Assembly: GCA_963845535.1 (NCBI GenBank)
Contig: CAWJSK010000012.1
Coordinates: forward strand, 192,001-256,000
Direction: 5' to 3'
DNA length: 64,000 nucleotides
DNA from: an uncultured Spirochaetota bacterium
Lineage (GTDB): Bacteria; Spirochaetota; Spirochaetia; SZUA-6; Fen-1364
Shown here: piece after piece, positions 49,534 through 60,168 of the stretch
How the letters are laid out: every line of letters begins with the position of its first letter
Position numbering within the stretch: position 1 is the first letter of the stretch
The notes under the pieces: model-generated
What the model saw: the letters and a program-made list of their open reading frames with translations, nothing else
Databases searched by the model: none
Told to the model about the DNA's origin: nothing
Program-made: the position numbers and the translations under genes

Positions 49534-51775
49534 CGTGTCTCCTCAGATTGTAGGACACGAACGTGTCCAACGAAGTGATGGCGGAACGGATGTCGGTGTA
49601 GACCGGCAGCCCGCCCTCCTCCAGGACCGCCACGAAGTCCTGGTAGTAGCGGCCGGCATTGACCGACACCACCATTGGCTTGGCGTGACGGGAGGCTATC
49701 TGGACCAGGCGATTGGCCAGGCCGTCAGGATCACGGCAGGTCTCAGGGACGGTCTTGAGGGACACGGCGTGGGGGACGATTGCCACGAAGACACAATCCA
49801 CTGCGTCATCCTCGATCACGGCTTCCGCGAACTCCGCGTACATGGCGTCGTCCGCCATGGGGGTTATGTCGAGGAACGGGGAGGAGACGTCCACCAGGCC
49901 GTGCCTGTTGATCCGGGCAAGCTTCTCCACCGTCTTCTCACCGAGCCTGGCCTGCGTGAGGCCCTGCAGCTCGTCCGCGCCCACCGTGGATTCGAAACCC
50001 GCGTTCACGACTCCTGCCACCCGGTTGCCCCGGGGGGACCGTGAGGAAAGGAGGGAGAAGGTCTTGATCAGGTCGTAATACTCCTCAATCGTCTCCGAAA
50101 GGATGACGCCCGCCTGCTGGCAGGCCGCGCTGAAGACGCTGTAATTCCCCGACATCGAGGCGGTATGGGATGCGGCGGAGCGGGCGCCCGCCTCCGTGCG
50201 TCCTCCCTTGTAGGCGAGGATGGGCTTGCCGGATTCCCGCGCCTGGTCGAAGAACGCACGCCCTTCGCCGGCGTCAAGACCCTCCAGGTAGACCGCCATG
50301 ACGTCGACTGCCGGGTCTCTCTCGAAATAGGAAAGGAGGTCTCCCACGCGCACGTCGAACTTGTTCCCGAAGCTGACAACGGCGCGCAGCGGGCGGCAGT
50401 TGCGCAGCTTGTCGATCACGGTGACCGCCAGCGCCCCGCTTTGGGTCAGGAGCACGGCGTTGGCCCTCTCTGAGGAACGGACCTCGAGCCTCTTCTCGTT
50501 GATGAACAGCGTGTTGAGCCCCGGTGCATCCGGAGCCGCCGCATGATAGACCCCCATGCAGTTGGGTCCCATGATCCTGATCCCCGAGTGCAGCGCGCCT
50601 AAAAGCTCACGGGCGTATTCCGCGTACGGAGTGGATGCCGGCACACCGGGGATCAGGATCACCGCGCGGACGCTGCCCCCGGAAAGCGCGCGCAGGAACT
50701 CCGGGGCAGCCTGCGCGGGAGCCGCGTACACAGCCAGCTCCACCGGGGAGGGCAGCTCCTTCACGTCCTTGTGAAGCTTGTACTCCGTGTCCCCGAACCT
50801 GATGGAGCCGCCGCGCGGGTTGACGAGGAACAGGTCCCCGTGGCGCAGCTCATGGAGCAACTCCGCGACGTCACGCGCAAGGTTGTACTTGGAAAGGTCC
50901 GAGGAAACCCCGATCACGGCGATCCCCTTTGGACGGAAAAAGGCGTCCAGGTTCGAGACGTTCACGCGCGTGTTCCAGTCACGCAGGTCCGTTGCGGAAA
51001 CGAACTCCGCAAGGCCGTCGATGGCGACGAACCTCCCGTCCGAGGAAACGGCGAACGGGTTCACCTCGAACGCGGTCAAGGCGAACCGGGGCTGGGAGAC
51101 CATGGGGGAGTACGCCAGGGCCAGGCTGCTGAATCCCGCCATGGCGCGGGCCATCAGCTCGAGGTATTCCGTATGGCCGATCTGCTCGAACTTGTGACGG
51201 ATGTGCATGCTGCGCGTGAAAGCGAGCGCTTCGGGGTATTCCATGGGGGGCAGGAACAGGTTTGCCGGGTCGTAATGCGCGGCAAAAAACTCCGCGTCAT
51301 CCCCGCCCTTGCTCACCGTGAGCACGGGCCCGAACGCGGGGTCCGCGCGGAACCCGATGAGCACTTCGTAGCCAATTGCCTGCGTGTGGGGGATGTATTC
51401 GACAAGGAGAAAGCCGGCGATCCGCGGAGCTGCGTCGGAAGCGAAATGCGAGAGCACCTCTTCCTTCATGCGCGACAGGACGAACTGGACGTACAGGGGA
51501 TCAGCGGCGGACACCTTCTTCACGCCGCCGAGCTTTTGCTTGTGCGGAATGTCGGGGGAGACGATCTTCAGGATGAGGGAGTGGCCGAAACCGCGCAGCT
51601 CCTGCTCGGTCACCTCCGCCGCGTCCCGGATGAAAAGGAACTTCGGGACGCAGAGGTCCAGCGCGGACAGCACCCCGTAGACCTCGTGCTCGAAAAGGGA
51701 TTTCCTGCGCTCCCGCCCGGCGCATTCGAGAATCCCGTCGATCTTTGCTTTTGCCGTCGATGACAGACCGTCCAT
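49523..51775 (-). CDS. ADP-forming acyl/acetate--CoA ligase family protein (ATP-grasp domain N-terminal, CoA-binding domain C-terminal)
   Basis: LKIVSPDIPHK, GPNCMG, QSGA, SFGNK and AASHTASM. Confidence 0.85.
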   Translation of the reverse strand: MDGLSSTAKAKIDGILECAGRERRKSLFEHEVYGVLSALDLCVPKFLFIRDAAEVTEQELRGFGHSLILKIVSPDIPHKQKLGGVKKVSAADPLYVQFVLSRMKEEVLSHFASDAAPRIAGFLLVEYIPHTQAIGYEVLIGFRADPAFGPVLTVSKGGDDAEFFAAHYDPANLFLPPMEYPEALAFTRSMHIRHKFEQIGHTEYLELMARAMAGFSSLALAYSPMVSQPRFALTAFEVNPFAVSSDGRFVAIDGLAEFVSATDLRDWNTRVNVSNLDAFFRPKGIAVIGVSSDLSKYNLARDVAELLHELRHGDLFLVNPRGGSIRFGDTEYKLHKDVKELPSPVELAVYAAPAQAAPEFLRALSGGSVRAVILIPGVPASTPYAEYARELLGALHSGIRIMGPNCMGVYHAAAPDAPGLNTLFINEKRLEVRSSERANAVLLTQSGALAVTVIDKLRNCRPLRAVVSFGNKFDVRVGDLLSYFERDPAVDVMAVYLEGLDAGEGRAFFDQARESGKPILAYKGGRTEAGARSAASHTASMSGNYSVFSAACQQAGVILSETIEEYYDLIKTFSLLSSRSPRGNRVAGVVNAGFESTVGADELQGLTQARLGEKTVEKLARINRHGLVDVSSPFLDITPMADDAMYAEFAEAVIEDDAVDCVFVAIVPHAVSLKTVPETCRDPDGLANRLVQIASRHAKPMVVSVNAGRYYQDFVAVLEEGGLPVYTDIRSAITSLDTFVSYNLRRHGGR

Positions 51776-51841
51776 TGCTGTTCCCCCGTGGCGTGTGCTT
51801 GCCCCCAGAGTACCACGATTGGCGGTTTCGGGGCAGCTTTT

Positions 51842-52630
51842 TTACATCAGCCGGACGATGGCGTCCAGGCGGAAAGTCCGTTCCTCACCGCGAAGCCGGC
51901 AGAACGCGCGGAAGCATATGGACCCGCCCACGATGACGAAAGCCAGGGGCCGCACGTCCCTTTCCGTGGTCTTTGCGGCCGCGCTCCTGTACTCGATGCG
52001 GATGTCGGCTCCGGTGCGCATTGCTTCCGCCAGCCGAAAGGCAAGCTCGGCGTGCCGCGGAGCGTGACAGATGAAGTCCAGAGGCGCGCCGCTCGCCGAC
52101 ACCAGCGCTGACGGAGAAGCATCTTCCCCGATTGTTTGCCGGCAGCGCAGAAAAAGCTGCCTGCAGGCGTGGGCATCCGCGAGAGCCCTGTGCGTCCCCT
52201 GCTCAAGGCGGAGATCCCGGGAGAGGTTCTGCAAGCTGTAGCTGGCGCGCGCGGGGAACGCGCGCCGCGCCAGCCCGCGCGTGTCCAGGACGGGGCCGGC
52301 GGGCGGAACCTGGCCCGTGCGGCGGGCGTCCGCCGTGATGAACCCGACGTCAAACGTGGCGTTATGAGCGACAGGCGTGCCCTTGCCCAGAAAGCCGAGA
52401 AAACCGGGCAGCGCCTCCTCGATGGGTGGCGCGCCGTTCACCATCTGGTCCGTTATCCCGTTGACACGGGAGGCGGCCTGCGGAATGCAGACGCGCGGAT
52501 CCACCAGGAGCTGGAAGCAATCCAGGACGCGGCCGCCCTCGAACATGACCGCGGCAAGCTCCAGGATGCGGTCCACCCCGGGAATAAGGCCGGTTGTTTC
52601 CACATCGAACGCCACGTAGGGGACGGACAT
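51842..52630 (-). CDS. DEDDh 3'-5' exonuclease fused to a C-terminal WYL domain
   Basis: FDVETTG, AHNATFD and HRALADA; then IRIEY...RDVRP...AFCRLRGEERTFRLDAI. Confidence 0.85.
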   Translation of the reverse strand: MSVPYVAFDVETTGLIPGVDRILELAAVMFEGGRVLDCFQLLVDPRVCIPQAASRVNGITDQMVNGAPPIEEALPGFLGFLGKGTPVAHNATFDVGFITADARRTGQVPPAGPVLDTRGLARRAFPARASYSLQNLSRDLRLEQGTHRALADAHACRQLFLRCRQTIGEDASPSALVSASGAPLDFICHAPRHAELAFRLAEAMRTGADIRIEYRSAAAKTTERDVRPLAFVIVGGSICFRAFCRLRGEERTFRLDAIVRLM

Positions 52631-52646
52631 CAGCGCCTCTCAGCGC

Positions 52647-53126
52647 TTAAAAGAAGGAATCATACTCGGCTTTGCGGTTTTCCTTCGCGTCCGCGACCCA
52701 GCCCTGGTCCGCGTAAACAACCTTGCAGACGTCATCCTTGAATGAAATGCCGATGTAGGTCCGCGGCAGCTTCCAATGCGAAAAGGAGTCTCCCGAATCC
52801 GAGGGCGCACCATATTTCTCCTTCAGGATGTTCAGAATCCCGGTGTACGTCCTCATGTCATCCTCATCATCGAACTTGTACTGCGCGATGACGAGCTTGT
52901 CGTTCTCGAAGATGTAGTTGAGGATACCGTTGTGGCCCATCACGTTCACGTGGGAGGTCAGCGTGGTGTTCGACGCCTCATCCATCTGGGAGAACGTCAG
53001 CGCGCTCTCCGCGGAAACCACATCATCAACCGACATCCCCCACGTGACCTTCCGGAAGTCCTGCGCGAACGCCGACGCCGCAAGAAGGAGGAGAACCGCC
53101 GCGACACGCCAGGCCCGGAGTCTCAT
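52647..53126 (-). CDS. Exported hypothetical protein
   Basis: Signal peptide followed by DFRKVTWGMS; overlaps the upstream gene's stop. Confidence 0.7.
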   Translation of the reverse strand: MRLRAWRVAAVLLLLAASAFAQDFRKVTWGMSVDDVVSAESALTFSQMDEASNTTLTSHVNVMGHNGILNYIFENDKLVIAQYKFDDEDDMRTYTGILNILKEKYGAPSDSGDSFSHWKLPRTYIGISFKDDVCKVVYADQGWVADAKENRKAEYDSFF

Positions 53127-53314
53127 ATCTCCCCCTTCAGCTTCTCCGGGGTGGCTTCCCCCAGAAGGAGCTTGCAGATGTTCTTGTACCCGACTTTTCG
53201 CCACGTGCGCAGGATGTCCGCGAACTGCTCATACGCCAGGGGCTGCTCACCCTTGAGCTTCTCCAGGCGCACAAGCACTTCCCGAAGGTCATCCAGGGAA
53301 GCAAGCGCTGCCAT
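53123..53314 (-). CDS. Small hypothetical protein
   Basis: GGAGG RBS; MAALASLDDLRE...RKVGYKNICKLLLGEATPEKLKGEI. Confidence 0.65.
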   Translation of the reverse strand: MAALASLDDLREVLVRLEKLKGEQPLAYEQFADILRTWRKVGYKNICKLLLGEATPEKLKGEI

Positions 53315-53409
53315 GATCTCCTCCGTTTTTCGTGAATACCTTGATCTCGTAAGATAGGGTTGGCTCCGGAGGCTTGTCAAGGCGAAGGGAAAGCGGATAC
53401 TCGATAGCT

Positions 53410-54615
53410 GTGACGGAAAAGCTGTATTATCATGACCCTTCCCTCCTGGAGTTCGACGCCTCCATCAAAGAGGACAAGGCAAACGGCCCGGTGCATGAGG
53501 TGGTGCTTGATCGCACGTGCTTTTTTCCGGGAGGCGGAGGGCAGCCCGCGGACCGGGGGATGCTCGGCAACGCCCGCGTGGTCGACGTGAAGGACCGGGA
53601 CGACGAGATCATCCACGTGGTGGATGCGCCGCCGGGCGCCGCGGGGAAGGTCGTCCGCGGCGCGGTGGACGCCGCCCGACGCCACGACTTCATGGCGCAG
53701 CATACGGGGCAGCATGTCCTCTCCCAGGCCCTGCTGACGGCAGGGAAGCTCCCCACGGTATCCGTGCATTTTGGCGATGAGACGGCCACCATCGAGCTGG
53801 AAGCCGCGTCGGTGGAGGACGCCGTACTACGGAACGCTGAGGAGCTCGCGAACTCCATCGTCAGGGAGAACCGTGCGGTCCGGATCCACGAGGTGGACCC
53901 CAAGGATGCCGGGCGCTTTCCCTTGCGAAGAACTCCCCCCGAGGTCGGGCGGCTTCGCGTCGTCGAGGTGGATTCCTACGACTGGGCTGCCTGCAGCGGC
54001 CTGCATGTCGCCGCCACGGGACAGATCGGCGTCATTAAGATCGTCTCCCAGGAGAAGATCCGTGGGCGCACCCGAGTCCACGTTTTGATCGGGGGCAGGG
54101 CGATGGATGACTATGGAAGGAAAATCTCCATCGTCCAGACGCTCATGCCCTTCCTGACCTGCTCGGAGGCGGACATTCCCGCCCGCGTGGAAGAGCTGGC
54201 GCAGAAGGCTCGCGAGAGCGAACGGGAGTTGGGAAAGCTGAAGATCGAGCGCGCCGGAGCTGACGCGGACGCCGCAGTCCTGCAGGCAAAGGACACGGGC
54301 AAAGGGTTCGTGATCACAAGGATCTTCGACGGCGCCGGTCCCGCGTACCTCAAGGCTTTCGCCGAGCGGGTGGTGGCGACCCCCGGCAGGGCCGTGATTG
54401 CAGTGGACCGTTCCCCGCAGGCCTTCCAATGGATCATCGCGCACTCCCGGGGAGAGGGCATCCCGCTGCCGTCATTCGTGGCGCCGCTCCTGGGGTCGTT
54501 GAACGCGAAGGGCGGCGGCCGCGGCGCCTGGATGCAGGGCGCCGGCGGCTCCGCGGCGGAGGCGGAGGCGTTCGCTGCCGCCATGGAGGAAGCGCTCGGA
54601 AGGGGGCTGCGGTGA
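53410..54615 (+). CDS. AlaX-like alanyl-tRNA editing protein with DHHA1 domain
   Basis: RTCFFPGGGGQPAD, QHTGQH, ACSGLHV and KGGG. Confidence 0.9.
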   Translation: MTEKLYYHDPSLLEFDASIKEDKANGPVHEVVLDRTCFFPGGGGQPADRGMLGNARVVDVKDRDDEIIHVVDAPPGAAGKVVRGAVDAARRHDFMAQHTGQHVLSQALLTAGKLPTVSVHFGDETATIELEAASVEDAVLRNAEELANSIVRENRAVRIHEVDPKDAGRFPLRRTPPEVGRLRVVEVDSYDWAACSGLHVAATGQIGVIKIVSQEKIRGRTRVHVLIGGRAMDDYGRKISIVQTLMPFLTCSEADIPARVEELAQKARESERELGKLKIERAGADADAAVLQAKDTGKGFVITRIFDGAGPAYLKAFAERVVATPGRAVIAVDRSPQAFQWIIAHSRGEGIPLPSFVAPLLGSLNAKGGGRGAWMQGAGGSAAEAEAFAAAMEEALGRGLR

Positions 54616-55216
54616 AACTTCGAATCCGCTACAACTCGCCTGTCATCCTGTCCTTTGCAATCGTCGCGGCGCTCGTCCTCCTCATCGACCAGATCTCGGG
54701 CGGCATCTTCATCAAGACTTTCTTCGTCCTCTACCCTGATTTCAACGCATCCTCCGCGCTTTCGTGGCTGCGGATGGTGAGCTACGTCATTGGACACGCG
54801 AACTGGACCCACCTCATCGGCAACTTCTCCTTCATCCTCCTCATTGGTCCGGTGCTCGAGGAGAAGTACGGCTCCCTGCCGCTTTTCCTGATGATGCTCG
54901 TCACGGCGGTGGCCACCGCAATCCTGAACATCCTCATCGTCAGGACGGGCCTCCTGGGGGCAAGCGGAATCGTCTTCATGCTGATCCTGCTCAGCTCGTT
55001 CACGAACATCCGCCAGGGGGAGATCCCCTCACGTTCATCCTGATCGTCGCGCTGTACCTCGTGAAAGAGTTCGTGAACGCTTTTACGCCCAGCACGGTGT
55101 CCGAGCTCGCCCACATCGCGGGCGGCATCATCGGCGGAATGTTCGGATTCATCATCTCGCGTTCGGAGAGGGCCCCGGCTCTCGCGGACGGCGGAACAAA
55201 CGACAAAAAGGAGTAA
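54612..55216 (+). CDS. Rhomboid family intramembrane protease with an apparent 1-nt frameshift near 55027
   Basis: GHANWTHLIGN and GASG in frame 1; ELAHIAGG in frame 2; C-run one base short (GATCCCCTC). Confidence 0.8.
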
Positions 55217-55219
55217 AGC

Positions 55220-57289
55220 ATGATCACCCATTCATGGCGGATCGCTTCCCTTGCCATCCTCGCCTCGTGCGCCGTCCCGGGGGTCCTGGGGGCCCAGGAG
55301 GAGAAGGACGCCGTTGTCCCTCTCACGCGGCTCGTCATGTTCACGAGCGGGGTGAGCTATTTCCAGCATGACGGGACGGTGGACGGAAATGCCCGCATGG
55401 AGCTGACTTTTTCCGCAAGCCAGATCAACGACCTTCTCAAGAGTCTCGTGCTGCGTGACCTGGACGGCGGTTCGATCTCCAGCGTCACCTATTCCTCGCG
55501 TGATCCCATCACGCGCACCCTCAAGAGCTTCTCCCTCGACCTGACCGCCAATCCGTCCCTGACCGCGCTCCTTGCCCAGGCGCGCGGCGAGCAAGCGGAG
55601 GCAACGCTCACCAGTGGCACGAAGGTGACGGGAGCCATCGTCGGAGTTGAGACGCGCCAGGTGGCAACGGCTGGGAAGGAACCCGTGCCGGCAGACTTCC
55701 TTACGCTCAATGCCCCCACGGGACTTGCAACATTTGCCCTTTCGGACATCGCGGGGATCCGCTTCCTGCGCAAGGAGGTGCAGGACGACCTGGCGCAGGC
55801 CCTCCAGGTGCTCTCTTCGTCCCACGGCATCGAGAAGAAGAAGCTCGTCCTCCACTTCAGCGGAAACGGAAAGCGCCGGGTGAGCGTGGGCTACATCCTG
55901 GAGTCCCCCGTGTGGAAGACGAGCTACAGGCTCGTGCTCGGGGACGCTGCGTCCCACCTTCTCCAGGGTTGGGCCCTCGTGGAGAACACGACGGACGGGG
56001 ACTGGAAAAACGTCGGCCTGAGCCTCGTTTCCGGCCGGCCCATCACGTTCACGATGGACCTGTATCAACCCTTGTACATCCAGCGGCCCGAGGTCCAGCT
56101 CGAGCTGTACCAGTCCCTGACACCCAAGACGAACGACATGGCCATGGATGAAGCCCAGGCGAAAAGCGAGGAAGCCCCTGCGGCGGCTGCCTCAGCGCCT
56201 TCCCCCGCCAGACAGTCCATGGCCTCCCTGGCCAGGAAGGCAGCGGCCCCGGAAGGCGCCGGAGGGGCGGGAGAACCCGGCTCGGCGTTCGGCATCTCCC
56301 AGGGCGTATCCGCGGCGGCCCAGGGCGGGCAGGTGGGCGACCTTTTCCAATATTCAATCGACAAGCCCGTGACGCTTCCCCGGCAGGAATCGGCAATGCT
56401 GCCCATCCTGAACCAGCAGGTCGGCGGTGAGAGAATATCACTGTACAATGAGGCAACGCAGCCGAAATATCCCCTGAACGCGGTACGGTTGAAGAACACG
56501 AGCAGCCTGCACCTCATGCAGGGGCCCATCACGGTGTTCGACGGAGGCGGCTACGCCGGTGACGCGGAAATCACGGACATGCCGCCGGGGGCGAGCCAGA
56601 TCATCACCTATGCCCTGGACCTCGACACGGAGGTGGAGGCTGTGGCGGGGCCCGCTCCGGAGAACCTCGTTTCGGTCAGGATCTCCAAGGGCGTTTTCTT
56701 CTCCACGAACAAGCAGCAGACCGAAAGAATCTACAACGTGAAGAATCGCGGTTCCAAGGACCGCACTGTCCTCATTGAGCACCCCTTCCTGCCCGACTGG
56801 ACGCTGGTCAGCCCCACGGAGGCAACCGAACGCACCCGGGACGTGTACCGATTCTCCCTTGCCGTGGCTGCGGGCAAGACGGGGAGGCTCTCCGTGGTCC
56901 AGACACGGACCGTGGACCAGAGCGTGTCCCTTTCCAGCCTTCCCGGCGACCAGGTCGCCTTCTACGTCAGGAGCTCCGTGGTCAGTCCGGCGGTGAAGGC
57001 GGCCTTGCAGAAGCTCTCCGCCCTCATGCAGAAGCTTTCGGGCACCACGTCGCTGCGCACGCGCAAGGAGGCGCGTGTGACCGAGATCGGGCAGGACCAG
57101 GAGCGCATACGGGCCAACATGGAACGCCTTTCGGAGACCTCTGACCTGTACAAGCGATACGTCAAGACGCTGGGCGCGGAAGAAGACGAGCTTGCAACGC
57201 TGGCGGACCAGATTGCGAAGCTGCGCGATCAGGAGGCCGCGCAGACGAAGGACGTCTCCGACTTCATCCAGACCGTGGACGCCCAGTAG
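55220..57289 (+). CDS. DUF4139-like exported protein
   Basis: Signal peptide; LFTSGVSYF-like start, INDLLKSL, PVWKTSYRL, GWALVENTT..DW; coiled-coil tail. Confidence 0.8.
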   Translation: MITHSWRIASLAILASCAVPGVLGAQEEKDAVVPLTRLVMFTSGVSYFQHDGTVDGNARMELTFSASQINDLLKSLVLRDLDGGSISSVTYSSRDPITRTLKSFSLDLTANPSLTALLAQARGEQAEATLTSGTKVTGAIVGVETRQVATAGKEPVPADFLTLNAPTGLATFALSDIAGIRFLRKEVQDDLAQALQVLSSSHGIEKKKLVLHFSGNGKRRVSVGYILESPVWKTSYRLVLGDAASHLLQGWALVENTTDGDWKNVGLSLVSGRPITFTMDLYQPLYIQRPEVQLELYQSLTPKTNDMAMDEAQAKSEEAPAAAASAPSPARQSMASLARKAAAPEGAGGAGEPGSAFGISQGVSAAAQGGQVGDLFQYSIDKPVTLPRQESAMLPILNQQVGGERISLYNEATQPKYPLNAVRLKNTSSLHLMQGPITVFDGGGYAGDAEITDMPPGASQIITYALDLDTEVEAVAGPAPENLVSVRISKGVFFSTNKQQTERIYNVKNRGSKDRTVLIEHPFLPDWTLVSPTEATERTRDVYRFSLAVAAGKTGRLSVVQTRTVDQSVSLSSLPGDQVAFYVRSSVVSPAVKAALQKLSALMQKLSGTTSLRTRKEARVTEIGQDQERIRANMERLSETSDLYKRYVKTLGAEEDELATLADQIAKLRDQEAAQTKDVSDFIQTVDAQ

Positions 57290-57361
57290 GGATAGCCGGC
57301 AAACCCTTCAGCGCGTCCGTACTCCGTCCGACAATGGAAATGGTGACGGAGCACAGGGGAC

Positions 57362-57820
57362 ATGTCTGAAATTGCACTGCATCCAGGTGACGCCGAGTTC
57401 TCGGGCAACTTCGAGATCCTCAGGCTCATTGGCGAGCTTCGAGACGTTTTCGAAAACAACTTCGACCGCACGTGGTTCAGCCTGATCCTTGATGGGATCC
57501 CCGTGGACCTGCGCACCGTGCGCAATATCCGCGACCTGGTTTCGCTAACCACGATCTACCCGGGCGAGGAGTGGCAGATATGGCGGGGGATCCAGGAATT
57601 GGAAGCCTTCCATGCCACGGTGAAGCGGTTTCTCCTCCCCGTCCTCAAGGAGAGGCTCGGGATCTCCTGGCTTCTGCCGCAGAAAAGGGTCAGGGACCCG
57701 CACCAGTACATCCTTCGGAAGTTCGTGGCATTCACCTTCCCCTACAACCTGGAGCGCCTGCGCCGTCTCACCCTGAAGCTGAAGGCGAAGCTCCTCGCGT
57801 ACTATCCGTCCCTGTCCTGA
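57362..57820 (+). CDS. Hypothetical protein
   Basis: 152-aa ORF with RBS and normal codon usage. Confidence 0.7.
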   Translation: MSEIALHPGDAEFSGNFEILRLIGELRDVFENNFDRTWFSLILDGIPVDLRTVRNIRDLVSLTTIYPGEEWQIWRGIQELEAFHATVKRFLLPVLKERLGISWLLPQKRVRDPHQYILRKFVAFTFPYNLERLRRLTLKLKAKLLAYYPSLS

Positions 57821-57839
57821 CTGTGGTACATTCCGGTTG

Positions 57840-58829
57840 ATGGGTGACCCCGCCTCACCAGTGAGGCCCACGCTGGATTTCGCCGCATCCCACGCCCTTT
57901 CCAACCGGCTCATCGAGGGAATGGAGACGGTGATCCGCGGAAAGAGGCGGGTGCTGGAGTACCTCGTGACCTGCATCCTTGCCGGAGGCCACCTCCTGAT
58001 CGAGGACGTGCCGGGCCTCGGTAAGACGACCCTTGCCAAGACCGTGGCCCGCCTCGTTTCCCGCTCCCGCAAGGGAAGCCACGTGATTTTCCGCCGCATC
58101 CAGTTCACCCCTGACCTTCTTCCGTATGACATCACCGGCGTGGACGTGTTCGACCCTTCCACGGGAACGTTCGTGTTTTCCCCCGGCCCTGTTTTCACGA
58201 ACGTCCTCCTGGCGGATGAGATCAACCGCACTACTCCGAAGGTGCAGTCCGCGCTTCTGGAGGTGATGGCGGAAGGGCAGGTGACCATCGGGAACAAGAC
58301 CCACCGCGTGGATCCCTTCTTCTTCGTGATTGCCACGCAGAATCCGGTTGAGGTGGAAGGCGTCTATCCGCTGCCCCTGGCGCAGATTGACCGGTTCCTC
58401 ATGAAACTGCGCGTGGGGTACCCTGAGGCGGACGTCGAGGTGGAGATCGTTCGGGATGATCCTTCCCGCACCGTGATGCCGGAGGTCCAGGCGGTATGCG
58501 GCCGGGACGAGATCCTGGGCGCGCGCGACGCCGTTGGGCAGGTCTTCTGTGACGAGAAGCTGATCCGCGCGGCGGTGGGAGTGTCCGGAGCCACGCGCAG
58601 TCACCCCGGCGTTTCACTCGGCTCTTCTCCGCGCGGGAGCCTGATGCTGGTGAGGGCTGCCCGGGCCCTGGCGCTGGTGAGGGACCGTGAATACGTCATT
58701 GACCAGGACCTCATAGACCTTGCCCCGCTCGTCATCTCCCATCGCCTGCGCCTGAAAGACGCGCGGATGGACCCCGAAGCGCTGACCCGGGAGATCACAA
58801 TGACCCAGCTCACCCATACGCCGTATTGA
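57840..58829 (+). CDS. MoxR family AAA+ ATPase
   Basis: EDVPGLGKT, RIQFTPDLLP, DEINR, ATQNP and AQIDRF. Confidence 0.95.
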   Translation: MGDPASPVRPTLDFAASHALSNRLIEGMETVIRGKRRVLEYLVTCILAGGHLLIEDVPGLGKTTLAKTVARLVSRSRKGSHVIFRRIQFTPDLLPYDITGVDVFDPSTGTFVFSPGPVFTNVLLADEINRTTPKVQSALLEVMAEGQVTIGNKTHRVDPFFFVIATQNPVEVEGVYPLPLAQIDRFLMKLRVGYPEADVEVEIVRDDPSRTVMPEVQAVCGRDEILGARDAVGQVFCDEKLIRAAVGVSGATRSHPGVSLGSSPRGSLMLVRAARALALVRDREYVIDQDLIDLAPLVISHRLRLKDARMDPEALTREITMTQLTHTPY

Positions 58830-58839
58830 CGGCACGCTC

Positions 58840-60168
58840 ATGAGGTCCGCAGAGAGGACAAACCTTGCAGCCGCACTGCTGCGCATGGCAGCCGCGGTCT
58901 TCCCCTTTTCCGTCCGAGGGTTTCTCCTGTCCCTGCTTGCCGCCGTCCTCCTTGCCGCGGGCCTGATCCGCTCCGACCTGGCTTCGCTGTACTGGGGCGC
59001 AAGCTTCCTCCTCTATGCCGTCTACTCCCTCCTTGCGAGCCACGCCACCATGTTTTTTCTCAGGCGCAGAAAAAGCGCGCAGCCTGACTTCCTCACCGTC
59101 ATCCTTCCCCAGTCCGGGATGAACCCGGGCGACCGTGAGGAGGCGCACGTTTCCGCCCGACTTCCGCGAGCCATGGCTCCCGGCTTCCTTGTGCGGTTCT
59201 CTCTTCCCCTTTCATGGCACGATCGATCAGTCGACTCGGTTTCCTGCCGCCTGCGAGCGGGGACCACTGAGCGCACCGTGCCGTTCAGCGTTGCAGCGCG
59301 AGGAATCTACCGCGCTGACGCGGCTGTCCTCGAAGTGCGCGACATCCTTGGGTTCACCGCGAATCGGCTGAGCGTTCCGATGACGGGAGCCCTTGCCGTG
59401 CATCCAACCGTGACCTCCGAGCAGTCCTGGCGCATCCTGGCCGAGGGGGAGGCCCCTTCAGCTACGACCAGCCGGCGTCGGCGCAGCGAGGAGCTCCTGG
59501 AGGTCCGCAAGTACTACCCGGGCGACGACGCACGGCGCCTGAACTGGAAAGTGTTCGCCCATTCGCGCGAGCTTTTCCTCCGCGTAGGGGAGGAAACGCC
59601 GCCTCCTGAGTCCCGCGTCCTGTTCGTCCTTGACACGAGCGAAAACCCCCTGATCCCCCGGCAGCTTGCCGGCCCCTACCTTGACGCCCTGGTGGACTCT
59701 TGCGCCTCCGCCGTGAACGCCCTTGTGAGCGACCGCACCGCGGTGCTCCTCTGCCGGCCCGGGGCCAGGGAGTGCAAGGTGTACGAGCGGGAGAAACGCG
59801 CGGTGCTTCTGGACGAGCTGGCCGATCAGTGGTGGACGCCCGCGCCGTGGCAGCCGCCTCTTCCCGTCCTGCCGCGCCTGCACGCGGCGGTGTTTTCAAC
59901 GCCGGGGTCGCCCGGGCTGGCAACAATCCTTTCCGCCGTCAGGGACAGGGGATGGACCACGAGCCTTTTCCTCAAGGAACCTCCCCGCGCGGACACCAGC
60001 CCCCGGCTTCGCCTTCGAGAGCTGCTGTTCGTTCCCGAAGACAGGCCGTCAAAGGCGTTTGCCGCGGCGCTCGGAAAGGCGCGCGCCGTCCTGGGCCGCG
60101 CGTTGGCGCAGGACCTGTCCACCTACGGCGGACCGGCCTGGAAGGTGCTCCATGCCCGGGAAATCTGA
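58840..60168 (+). CDS. DUF58 domain protein
   Basis: EVRKYYPGDDARRLNWK; follows MoxR. Confidence 0.9.
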   Translation: MRSAERTNLAAALLRMAAAVFPFSVRGFLLSLLAAVLLAAGLIRSDLASLYWGASFLLYAVYSLLASHATMFFLRRRKSAQPDFLTVILPQSGMNPGDREEAHVSARLPRAMAPGFLVRFSLPLSWHDRSVDSVSCRLRAGTTERTVPFSVAARGIYRADAAVLEVRDILGFTANRLSVPMTGALAVHPTVTSEQSWRILAEGEAPSATTSRRRRSEELLEVRKYYPGDDARRLNWKVFAHSRELFLRVGEETPPPESRVLFVLDTSENPLIPRQLAGPYLDALVDSCASAVNALVSDRTAVLLCRPGARECKVYEREKRAVLLDELADQWWTPAPWQPPLPVLPRLHAAVFSTPGSPGLATILSAVRDRGWTTSLFLKEPPRADTSPRLRLRELLFVPEDRPSKAFAAALGKARAVLGRALAQDLSTYGGPAWKVLHAREI

